A program made the translations under genes and the position numbers. From an uncultured Candidatus Saccharibacteria bacterium (lineage in GTDB: Bacteria > Patescibacteriota > Saccharimonadia > CAILAD01 > GCA-016700035): DNA of 24,395 nucleotides. The notes beneath the pieces were generated by a model. That model was not told the DNA's origin and made no database searches. It was given only the letters and a program-made list of their open reading frames with translations. Every line of letters begins with the position of its first letter. Within the stretch, counting starts at the first letter, position 1. The DNA lies in contig CAZHOZ010000001.1 in assembly GCA_964533895.1 (NCBI GenBank), positions 13,928 to 38,322 on the forward strand. Reading direction: 5' to 3'. Below are positions 6,933 through 14,997 of this stretch, in pieces.

Positions 6933-7081
6933 ATACCGCTAGTTGGATTGCGCTATGCGTAATAGCTTTCTTTCTCGGAAAAGCCTCAATCGCCCAAGAG
7001 TGTAAGGAAAATCACCGCTTCTACTTCGGCGAGGGGTTTGAGTGTAAAGCACAGCAGCCAAAGGAGAGCAGCAATGGATAA
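6929..7081 (+). CDS. 50-aa membrane-anchored or secreted peptide MNTASWIALCVIAFFLGKASIAQECKENHRFYFGEGFECKAQQPKESSNG
   Basis: AGGAGG RBS and ATGA overlap; hydrophobic N-terminal segment followed by a Cys pair. Not in the supplied ORF track. Confidence 0.65.
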   Translation: MNTASWIALCVIAFFLGKASIAQECKENHRFYFGEGFECKAQQPKESSNG

Positions 7082-7628
7082 GTGGGATGAACTGGCGAAG
7101 CACTTAGTTTCAACATATTCAATTTCGTCTTCCGATGTTAAAAGTGTAATCAGAGATTGCTGCGCTGAGTGGGAAAAACAGCAACCCACCGAGTCTCGCG
7201 CAGAGATTGAAGCTATCGTAGAGCTTAATCACGCTCAGTGGCAGGCACTTGAAAACGTACGCCTGCTAGCCGCTAGATACAGAAACGAAGAATGGGCGAA
7301 CCACATGCTTAGATTCTGCGCTATAGCAGAAGTAACAGTAAATGCAATTCATCGCTCTCAATGCGCCAGCAAACCTACCGCCACGAACTTTGAACAAGTG
7401 CGCGCTAGTAAAGATTCTTCCTCAAACATTAACCAATCCAGCGAGCAAGGAAAGGTTGAGCAGGATGCAGCGCGAATAGACACACCAGGGGAGATGGACG
7501 CTGCATTTGAGCATTGGTACAGAACTAAATTTAAACCGGCAATGGAACGAGGACAGTTTGATAAGTACGTAGCTAGACAGGCGTGGTTTGCTGCCATGCT
7601 CAACGACGCGAAGGAGGGGAAGAGATAA
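7074..7628 (+). CDS. Hypothetical, probably mosaic, phage protein (184 aa)
   Basis: AAGGAG RBS before ATG 7074, preferred over TTG 7038. C-terminal AFEHWY...ARQAWFAA segment resembles small phage accessory modules. Confidence 0.65.
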   Translation: MDKWDELAKHLVSTYSISSSDVKSVIRDCCAEWEKQQPTESRAEIEAIVELNHAQWQALENVRLLAARYRNEEWANHMLRFCAIAEVTVNAIHRSQCASKPTATNFEQVRASKDSSSNINQSSEQGKVEQDAARIDTPGEMDAAFEHWYRTKFKPAMERGQFDKYVARQAWFAAMLNDAKEGKR

Positions 7629-7918
7629 TGGGACAAGCTAAACAGCGTGGTACGTTCGAGCAGCGCAAAGAACTCGCAGTAAAAGAGCGGGCTAGGGTTG
7701 CGCAAGTAAAAGCTAATCTAATTTCTCGACGAGCATCCCCTAAGCATACAACAATGATAACACAACTATGGGGTTACTTGCAGGGGCAAAGCTATGACCA
7801 CACAATTTATTATAGAAGAAATCCGCACCTTGACAGAGCGGGCAATACAACGGATCGGCGCAGCGGAACGACTGGCGGTGCCCTGGGTGGCGCCTACAGA
7901 GAAAGCATGAAAAAATGA
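7628..7918 (+). CDS. Hypothetical protein with MGQAKQRG N-terminus
   Basis: AAGGAGG RBS and TAATG coupling. MG[QE]AK.RG start is common in small phage proteins; the 3' half overlaps another frame. Confidence 0.6.
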   Translation: MGQAKQRGTFEQRKELAVKERARVAQVKANLISRRASPKHTTMITQLWGYLQGQSYDHTIYYRRNPHLDRAGNTTDRRSGTTGGALGGAYRESMKK

Positions 7919-8226
7919 AATTCAATTATCAACTCCTAACTCCCTGCGAACAGCGGATAGTAAAAGTTCTTGCCGCTCACACCGATGAGTGGCTTTCTGC
8001 AAAGCAGTTGGCTGAGCTAGCCTCTGTCTCTCTGCAGACGGCCAGAAAGAAATCACTGTGGTATAAACTAGAGTCTTACGGACTTGTACGTAGACAATAC
8101 TTTTTAGCGCAGCCTAACATATGCTATAGCTATTATGGCTATAAGCTATATACAGATATTGTATTGATCAACTCTCAAGGAGCAGTCTATGAAATTCCGA
8201 ATCTCAGTAAGCAAAGAAAATCTTGA
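7915..8226 (+). CDS. Winged helix-turn-helix DNA-binding protein
   Basis: LTPCEQRIVKVL...LSAKQLAELASVSLQTARK...KLESYGLVRR followed by beta-wing residues. Confidence 0.7.
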   Translation: MKFNYQLLTPCEQRIVKVLAAHTDEWLSAKQLAELASVSLQTARKKSLWYKLESYGLVRRQYFLAQPNICYSYYGYKLYTDIVLINSQGAVYEIPNLSKQRKS

Positions 8227-8443
8227 GTGGATTGTTTCTCAGCCAGAGTGTCCAGAGGATTTATTTAAGATTGTCAATCTAGCTCTCTTTAAGGTAGGCT
8301 CAGGGCTTCTCAAGCCCGCGTTTGAAATCAAGCAATCCTCTGAGCAACAGACAGCAGAGCAGCAAGAGCAAGCGTATCGCTATGTGAATGATCTAATGAC
8401 TGAGGAAGAGGCAGCGGCCTATGAAGCTGCTAATGATATATGA
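8189..8443 (+). CDS. Hypothetical protein (84 aa)
   Basis: AAGGAG RBS; ATGA coupling to the polymerase. Confidence 0.7.
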   Translation: MKFRISVSKENLEWIVSQPECPEDLFKIVNLALFKVGSGLLKPAFEIKQSSEQQTAEQQEQAYRYVNDLMTEEEAAAYEAANDI

Positions 8444-10698
8444 AGAAACTTCTCTTAATCCATACCTTTCAAGACAAGCCGTACCTTCCTCGCTTTAAAG
8501 AGTGCTTGGGGGCTACGGCTTGTTTGCTTTTTGGCGAAACAATTAGCAGTCGCACAGAAATCATCCGACTAGCAGAGCGCGCACAGACGCCACAAATTCT
8601 TTGTACCTCTGCTGCAATACTTAAGATACTTCTCAACACAGACGGCGTAAAGAATCCTTCGCTAGATAATTACGCTGGCTCTATGTTTAATCTGCATAGT
8701 GAAAAGCTAGGTAAGCTAGAGATTCTTTTCCTTAATCCGCTTGAGCACCTTGTCTCAGTCTCTTATGGAAAATTCATTCTCCGCCGTTACTTGAGTAAAT
8801 TTATTTCTCCTGAATTGTGGTTGCCTGCACCTGAATTTATTTGGACAGAATTAGATGAAACGAATTTCTCACAAATTCTAGCTTCTTATACTACTGCAAA
8901 TCTAATTGCACTAGATATCGAGACAGGTAAAGAACCTTATATTCACATTACAGAAGTAGGTTACACAGCAGTCTGGCTATCAGCAGAAGGAAAAGTAAAA
9001 ACACATAGCTGTGTAATCACACTAGACAGCGTGTCTAAGTTAGCTATGGTCCGACAACTCAATCAGCTTCCTGCTGCAAAGGTGATGCAAAATGGAAAAT
9101 ATGATTCGGCGTATCTCAGTAGATACAACGCAGTCCCGCACAATTATCTCTGGGACACTGCTACACTCATGCATTGCTGGTACTCCGAACTTCCAAAAGA
9201 TCTTGGATTTCTTGGGGCATTCTTCTCCCGGAATGCAATGTACTGGAAGGATCTCAGCAAATCAGGTAACAGGAGAGATCAACTTCTGTATAACTGTAAG
9301 GACACGTATACAACAGCGCTCGCTTTTCTGCAAATTATGGCGGAAATTCCGGCATTTGCCCGTAACAATTATCTCCAAGAATTCCCGCTAATCTTTCCCT
9401 GCCACATGTCAGAAATGACAGGCATCAAGAGAGATATGTCTGAGCTTTCTATTGCCTGTGCAGATCAGAAAGAGATTATAGCCAGAGAGCAGCAGCAACT
9501 TAATAAAATGCTAGGCGCTGACTTCAATGTTAATAGCCCAGTAGCAATGAAAAAGCTATTAGTAATTCTAGGTTGCAAAGACTTAGAAAGCGCAGATGAA
9601 AAAAATCTGCAGAAAGCAATGTACAGGCACCCACTTAATAGCTTCTTGCTAGGTAAAGTAATCAAGATTCGTAAAGCAAGAAAGCTTGTTAGTACCTATC
9701 TTACAGAAGGGAAAGAATTCAATGGACGCATCTTATACGCTCTCAATCCGCATGGAACAGACACCGGACGGCTTGCTTCTAAGGAACACCATTTTTGGTG
9801 CGGACTCCAAGTCCAAAATATTCCAAGAGGAAATGCTGTTAAGCGAACACTGGCTGCAGACCAAGGATTTAGACTTGCTGAATGCGATTTGGAGCAAGCA
9901 GAATCAAGAGACACTGCCTTTATCTCAGGAGACGAGAATCTCATTGTCGCCGTCACAGGCGAAAGAGATTTTCATTCAGTCAACGCAAGTGCGTTTTTTG
10001 GAGTGCCTTACGAAAGTATTTACGACCAGCGTCTAGGAAAGACAATTGATAAGGCACTGAGAGATCTAGCAAAGCGAGTCAATCACGGCGCTAATTATCT
10101 GATGGGTCCGCAGGTTCTCATTGATACAATGGGCCTAGAGAAGATATATGAAGCAAAGCGGCTTCTCAAACTCCCGAGACTCTATCTGCCAAAACAGGTG
10201 GCAGAATATTTGCTTTCTCAATTTCATTCTGTCTATCCAAAGCTCTCAAAAGTTTTCTATCCGGGAGTTACAGCTGAAGTAATTAAAACTAGGATGCTCT
10301 CTAGCAAAGCAGTGCATGCAGCCAAGTATCAGGCAACTGAGAAAGGCTGGACTCGTTACTGCTTTGGGCACCCGGATAAAAATAAAAGAGACCTTAATGG
10401 ATACGTAGCTCATGTCCCGCAAAGTCTCAATGCAATGACTCTCAATAAAGCATTCATGCAAGTGTTTTACGATCTAGCTTTTAAGCCTGAATTCAAACTT
10501 CTCTGTCAAATCCACGATTCCATTCTCTTTCAATTTAAAGAAGGTCACGAATACTTAAAGGATGAAGTACAAAAGAGAATGGAAATACCAGTTACCATCA
10601 CTGGCTATGATGGCAAGACAAGAACATTCACTGTTCCAGCAGCAGTAAAAGCAGGAAAGGATGGAAATGGATCACGACGCTGGAGTGAAACTGAATAG
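8440..10698 (+). CDS. polA: Family A DNA polymerase with 3'-5' exonuclease and an extra N-terminal domain
   Basis: Exo motifs LDIET, QNGKYD and YNCKD; GTDTGRLAS; QNIP; motif A DLEQAESR; motif B RDLAKRVNHGANY; motif C QIHDS. Confidence 0.95.
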   Translation: MKKLLLIHTFQDKPYLPRFKECLGATACLLFGETISSRTEIIRLAERAQTPQILCTSAAILKILLNTDGVKNPSLDNYAGSMFNLHSEKLGKLEILFLNPLEHLVSVSYGKFILRRYLSKFISPELWLPAPEFIWTELDETNFSQILASYTTANLIALDIETGKEPYIHITEVGYTAVWLSAEGKVKTHSCVITLDSVSKLAMVRQLNQLPAAKVMQNGKYDSAYLSRYNAVPHNYLWDTATLMHCWYSELPKDLGFLGAFFSRNAMYWKDLSKSGNRRDQLLYNCKDTYTTALAFLQIMAEIPAFARNNYLQEFPLIFPCHMSEMTGIKRDMSELSIACADQKEIIAREQQQLNKMLGADFNVNSPVAMKKLLVILGCKDLESADEKNLQKAMYRHPLNSFLLGKVIKIRKARKLVSTYLTEGKEFNGRILYALNPHGTDTGRLASKEHHFWCGLQVQNIPRGNAVKRTLAADQGFRLAECDLEQAESRDTAFISGDENLIVAVTGERDFHSVNASAFFGVPYESIYDQRLGKTIDKALRDLAKRVNHGANYLMGPQVLIDTMGLEKIYEAKRLLKLPRLYLPKQVAEYLLSQFHSVYPKLSKVFYPGVTAEVIKTRMLSSKAVHAAKYQATEKGWTRYCFGHPDKNKRDLNGYVAHVPQSLNAMTLNKAFMQVFYDLAFKPEFKLLCQIHDSILFQFKEGHEYLKDEVQKRMEIPVTITGYDGKTRTFTVPAAVKAGKDGNGSRRWSETE

Positions 10699-11971
10699 GC
10701 AGCCGCCCAATTTTATAGACTCTTATCTGCATTACATAGGCCACTCAGAGTCTCCAACCACATTCCAGCGCTGGAGTATTATCTCAGCACTAGGAGCGTG
10801 GTTGGGGAAACGCTTTTATCTTAAGCATGGTCATTCACAAATCAACAGCAATATGTATGTAATGCTAATGGGTGCTGCCGGAACAAGAAAGAGTACAGCA
10901 ATTAAAGTAGCCAGTAAGCTTCTCAAGAAAGCTGGCTACAGTACTTTCTCTAGCAGTAAATGCAGTAAAGAGCAGTTCCTAGTTGATCTAGCAGCAACAG
11001 GCCAGAAAGACTCCGAGGGAGATTACGATGCGATACTAGATAAGAATCTGTGGGGGGACGATGCTGCGGAAGAAAGCAGTATGGGAGATTGTGAGATATT
11101 TGTCAATCCGGACGAATTCAATGATTTCGTAGGACTTAATAACATTGAATTCCTGTCTCTTCTTGGCTCTCTCTGGGATTGGTCTGGCAGTTATACTCAC
11201 AGCAAGTTAACAAGTAAATCAGTCTTTGTCAAAGATCCCTGTGTAAGTATTCTTGCAGGTAATACAAGCACTGGATTTTCTCTTGCCTTTCCTAAGGAAG
11301 CAATAGGACAAGGAATCTTTTCCAGATTGCTTTTGATTCACGGAGAGTCCAACGGAAATAAGATTGCATTTCCTAAGCCGCCTAAAGAGGAGGCCACGGC
11401 CGCCCTCGTTCAATGCTTATTGCAGATTCGTGCAGTAGCACAAGGGGAGGCAGAGCTTGCAGCAGATGCTAAAGAACTGCTTGAGGAAATCTATCAGACT
11501 TGGAGACCGATTGATGATACTCGCTTTGATTCTTATTCTAATCGTCGCTTCACTCATTTACTTAAACTTTGTCTTATTCACACAGCAGCTAGAAAAGATA
11601 GATGTATTACTGCTGGTGATGTTAGACTTGCTAATACTGTGCTTAGTCACGCTGAGCATTCTATGGCTAAGGCGTTGGGAGAATTTGGAGCCAGTCAAAA
11701 GTCTGACGTAACTAATAAGATAATGGTATTGCTCACCAATACACTGACACCGCTCACATTCAAGGATATTTGGAAGCATGTAATCAATGATGTAAATACT
11801 GCCTCAGATTTGAGAGGCATACTGGAGAATCTTATCTTCGCCGATAAGATCATGAAAGTAACTGGATCACAAGGCTATCTAGCTAGACGTGTATTGATAG
11901 CTGAAAGATCAAAAGACAGGACAGTGGATTTTTCTTTACTAACAGCAGCTGAAAGGGAGTATTTAGCATGA
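10661..11971 (+). CDS. DUF3987-type P-loop ATPase (replicative helicase-like), with no primase domain; exact start 10661 or 10667
   Basis: FIDSYL...ESP..F.RW..IS.LG N-terminal pattern, Walker A-like GAAGTRKST, Walker B FVNPDEF, GIFSRLL arginine finger, C-terminal wHTH-like region. Confidence 0.75.
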   Translation: MEMDHDAGVKLNRQPPNFIDSYLHYIGHSESPTTFQRWSIISALGAWLGKRFYLKHGHSQINSNMYVMLMGAAGTRKSTAIKVASKLLKKAGYSTFSSSKCSKEQFLVDLAATGQKDSEGDYDAILDKNLWGDDAAEESSMGDCEIFVNPDEFNDFVGLNNIEFLSLLGSLWDWSGSYTHSKLTSKSVFVKDPCVSILAGNTSTGFSLAFPKEAIGQGIFSRLLLIHGESNGNKIAFPKPPKEEATAALVQCLLQIRAVAQGEAELAADAKELLEEIYQTWRPIDDTRFDSYSNRRFTHLLKLCLIHTAARKDRCITAGDVRLANTVLSHAEHSMAKALGEFGASQKSDVTNKIMVLLTNTLTPLTFKDIWKHVINDVNTASDLRGILENLIFADKIMKVTGSQGYLARRVLIAERSKDRTVDFSLLTAAEREYLA

Positions 11972-12561
11972 CAGTGTTATCAGGGCAACAAATCGCAGAG
12001 CATATTGACGAAGTAAATCTAGTAGAAAATTGGCAACCGGGTGCAGTCAATGCGGCCAGTCTTGATATCCATCTGGGTCATATCATTCTTAAGGAAATTC
12101 CTCCAGATGAACTGCGACAGGGGCGGCCCAAGATTATCTCTTTAGCTAAGCGAGATAAGATGTGTATGCAGGAAATCAATATTACTAACGGCAGGTATGT
12201 GCTGCGGCCCGGCGAGTTCATTTTAGCTCAGTCAATTGAAGTATTCAGTCTGCCCAATAATATCAGTGCAGAATACAAATTAAAGAGTAGCATGGCGCGC
12301 ATTGGCCTAGAGCACCTTAATGCAGGCTGGTGTGATGCAGGATGGCACGGCTCTGTGCTTACACTTGAATTGCGTAACATGTCTACTTATCATGACATTG
12401 AAATCTGTCACGGCGATGCAATCGGCCAAATGATTTTCTACAGGCATGATGCGGCCCCTGCTCATCTTAGTTATGCTGCCAAGGGAAATTACAACGGCAA
12501 TAGGCTAGTGCAGCAAGCAGGTTTTAATTCTACTAATCTAGTAAAGACTGAGGACGCCTGA
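11968..12561 (+). CDS. dcd: dCTP deaminase (trimeric dUTPase superfamily)
   Basis: ASLDIHLG, LRPGEFILA, KSSMARIGL, AGWCDAGWHG..TLELRN, IGQMIF and Y..KGNY motifs. Confidence 0.9.
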   Translation: MTVLSGQQIAEHIDEVNLVENWQPGAVNAASLDIHLGHIILKEIPPDELRQGRPKIISLAKRDKMCMQEINITNGRYVLRPGEFILAQSIEVFSLPNNISAEYKLKSSMARIGLEHLNAGWCDAGWHGSVLTLELRNMSTYHDIEICHGDAIGQMIFYRHDAAPAHLSYAAKGNYNGNRLVQQAGFNSTNLVKTEDA

Positions 12562-12562
12562 A

Positions 12563-13120
12563 ATGAATGTGATGCTTGATATCGAAACAACGGGAGTGGA
12601 GCCGGGGTGCTGCATTCTTTCCATTGGCGCTGTTCCTTTTCTTACGGATTCTCCAGTAGAATATTTTTACGAGCGAATCTCCCATCAATCTTCGCTACGC
12701 GCAGGGTTCGCTGATAACCCAGACACTATTAGCTGGTGGGATAAACAGAAACCCGAGATGCAAGATGAGGCTTTTGGAGGAGTTCTTTCGATTCACAGAG
12801 TATTGGAATCTTTTTGTTCTTATTTGAATGCCTTGGGAGATCCCCGCGACATTCATGTATGGGGAAACGGAAAAGATTTTGATAACATCATTGTCGCTCA
12901 CACCCTTAAAAAGTTACATCTTAAACAGCCTTGGCACTATAGAAATAATTGGTGCTACAGAGATTTTGTAAAACTTTTTCCTCTTGTCCCTAAGCCAGAC
13001 AATCTTAATTTGCATAACGCCTTAGAGGATGCTAAGACGCAAGCACGCCATATGGAGCTTACAGTAGGTATTCTTAAACAAAAAGGAATTATCAATGAAT
13101 ATCCAATTCTTCCCACCTAA
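12563..13120 (+). CDS. DEDDh 3'-5' exonuclease (Rv2179c/RNase AS-like)
   Basis: VMLDIETTG, ILSIGAV, TISWW..Q, VWGNGKDFD, HNALEDAKTQA. Confidence 0.88.
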   Translation: MNVMLDIETTGVEPGCCILSIGAVPFLTDSPVEYFYERISHQSSLRAGFADNPDTISWWDKQKPEMQDEAFGGVLSIHRVLESFCSYLNALGDPRDIHVWGNGKDFDNIIVAHTLKKLHLKQPWHYRNNWCYRDFVKLFPLVPKPDNLNLHNALEDAKTQARHMELTVGILKQKGIINEYPILPT

Positions 13121-13340
13121 GTTACTTGCCTTACAAGAGGAGTTATCTAAACACGATGATGTTATGCAGGCCTTATCTGTGTGTGAAGATAAATCTATGG
13201 GAGGCATCCTCGCAGCGCTATGCACAATTTTCGATATTGTAATCGATGGCTTTCTGGATCAAGAGCAAGTAGAACTTCTTGCAGAGCAGCTTACTAAAGA
13301 GCTATATCAGAAGCGCACATTGATTATTACCTTGCACTAA
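13095..13340 (+). CDS. Hypothetical protein (81 aa)
   Basis: AAGGA RBS; last ORF before the terminator. Confidence 0.65.
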   Translation: MNIQFFPPKLLALQEELSKHDDVMQALSVCEDKSMGGILAALCTIFDIVIDGFLDQEQVELLAEQLTKELYQKRTLIITLH

Positions 13341-13360
13341 TCTCTTTTCGAAAAGTAGAT

Positions 13361-13420
13361 AAAAGAAAACCCAAGCAGTCTCAAGGCAATTAAGCTTTGA
13401 GACCCTTGGGTTTTTTTATT
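13361..13420. terminator. Bidirectional rho-independent terminator
   Basis: AAAACCCAAG-CA-GTCTCAAGGC, loop AATTAA, GCTTTGAGAC-C-CTTGGGTTTTTTT. A-tract on the left and T-tract on the right, between convergent gene blocks. Confidence 0.92.
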
Positions 13421-13432
13421 GTTACATCCAGT

Positions 13433-14182
13433 CTAAAGTCTTTTCAACAGCGTTCCACTGCCTGACAACAGGATAAGCCCACTTGCTGGAAGTTCAAGTC
13501 CGATCAATATCTCGCCTGTTGCTGTGTTGAGAAATTTAATCGTACTCGCAGGCGCGGCCCCGCTCCAAACCATTGTCGCAGAATTGCCTTGCACTGCATA
13601 ATTACCTGTAGCGCCGCTTAGATTTCTATTTAATCTAAGTGATGCCACTGTTCCAGCATAGTTATAAATTCCTGCGGAGCCAAGAAGCGTATGGCCTACT
13701 GATAAACTGGCAGCATTTCCTACGATTGCATAAGAGCCTACAGCTCCGCTCAATTTAACATTGAGCTTCAGTGTAGCATTGCGCCCGGTTACTGCATAGT
13801 TACCTACGGCGCCACTTAGAGAATAGGCAAGACCGCCAGCGCCCGGAGTATAAGTAAGAGTAGCTGCAAATCCACTGCTAGAATAAGTGCCCGCAGATCC
13901 ACCCAACTTACGTCCGTATGTCAGATCAGCAGTTAGTCCAGTGCAGCTATAGTTACCTACTGCCCCAGATAACTGCCTAGTAAATATAAAGGAGGCCGCC
14001 TTACCTATGACTGCATAAGATCCAGCAGTACCTGACAGGCTGTAATTAACTTGACCCGAAGCAGCAGGAAAGAATAAGTCAGCTACAGGAGCCGGCCTAA
14101 GGAAAGGAGCTCCGAGCAGTCTGCCCTGTTGCCACTTACTTAACCAAGCACTCTTAAAAGGATATCTTCCTTGCCCGTTCAT
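13433..14182 (-). CDS. Gly/Ala/Ser-rich virion appendage protein with seven 22-aa repeats
   Basis: Repeat LxGxxGxYxxxGxxAxL starting at residues 49, 71, 93, 122, 144, 166 and 188; AGGAAG RBS. Confidence 0.75.
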   Translation of the reverse strand: MNGQGRYPFKSAWLSKWQQGRLLGAPFLRPAPVADLFFPAASGQVNYSLSGTAGSYAVIGKAASFIFTRQLSGAVGNYSCTGLTADLTYGRKLGGSAGTYSSSGFAATLTYTPGAGGLAYSLSGAVGNYAVTGRNATLKLNVKLSGAVGSYAIVGNAASLSVGHTLLGSAGIYNYAGTVASLRLNRNLSGATGNYAVQGNSATMVWSGAAPASTIKFLNTATGEILIGLELPASGLILLSGSGTLLKRL

Positions 14183-14191
14183 TTAAGCTTC

Positions 14192-14995
14192 CTAACCTTG
14201 TGTATAAACAAGTTGACCGTTGACAGCAGGAGTAGTAGAGCCAGCAGGAAGAAAGATAAGAAAAGGCACAGTGTCATCAAACATTCGAGGAAATGAAGCA
14301 GATACAGCATCGATGGATAAGGTACTAAAAGTGCTAGGAATTTCCAGCGCAGCAAGAATTCTATAAGCGACTAGACTGGCTGCCCCTGAAGTCCAAGTTG
14401 CAGAGAAAGTAAAGCTTTGAATGCTCTGTACTCCAGTGTCTCCTGCAGCTAGTCCCAGCGGAAAGAAAGATCCTATAGGAGTGCTAGCAACTGTATTAAG
14501 AATACCTGCCCCTACCTTACTTCCGACTCCTGCGCTATTGGTATAGGTCATACTTAGCAAAGGAGTGCCTGCACCAGTAGCTGTAGTAATCTCAAGACCA
14601 ATCAATACATCCTCTCCACTGACTGCACCATTAGCGTCTCTAGCAGGAAATGCTACAGAGTTAACAGTTTGTGCAGTGATAGTAGTAAGAGAAAGTCCTG
14701 AATTATGCCACAGGCGATCACACAGCAACAGAGTACCAGCATTATTTGCAGATGCCTGTAGCCTAGAGAGATAAGAATTACCTGAGGCTGGATTAGTCCA
14801 GGCAAGTTGTCCGGCATAGCTAGTCAGTGCAGCGCCGGCCAGTCCAGGAGTAGGGGCAGCTGCTGCGGCAGGATATCCAGAAGCATAAAATAATGAGAAT
14901 GCTCTCCCAGCTCCGCCCCCTGTTCCCATAGATTTATGGAATAGTACAGGAGGCCGTGCCCCACTATTTACTCCAGCGAGTGTAGTAATAGCCAT
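14192..14995 (-). CDS. Putative tail/appendage structural protein, paralog B (267 aa)
   Basis: Ala/Gly/Thr/Ser-rich beta-type composition; colinear with 14998-15801. Confidence 0.75.
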   Translation of the reverse strand: MAITTLAGVNSGARPPVLFHKSMGTGGGAGRAFSLFYASGYPAAAAAPTPGLAGAALTSYAGQLAWTNPASGNSYLSRLQASANNAGTLLLCDRLWHNSGLSLTTITAQTVNSVAFPARDANGAVSGEDVLIGLEITTATGAGTPLLSMTYTNSAGVGSKVGAGILNTVASTPIGSFFPLGLAAGDTGVQSIQSFTFSATWTSGAASLVAYRILAALEIPSTFSTLSIDAVSASFPRMFDDTVPFLIFLPAGSTTPAVNGQLVYTQG

Positions 14996-14997
14996 GA

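Noticed and set aside
7830..7860. TTGACA upstream of the wHTH gene as a promoter
   Set aside because: There is no acceptable -10 hexamer 16-18 nt downstream. The same applies to the TTGACA near 2206.
8440..13120. Z-genome (DpoZ/PurZ/DatZ) or other base-modification cluster
   Set aside because: No PurZ, HD-domain DatZ, MazZ, queuosine-pathway or glycosyltransferase genes are in the window. dcd plus a DEDDh exonuclease is adequately explained by nucleotide supply.
13344..13355. Perfect palindrome CTTTTCGAAAAG before the terminator
   Set aside because: Short, AT-rich and single-copy; could be chance or part of the terminator context.
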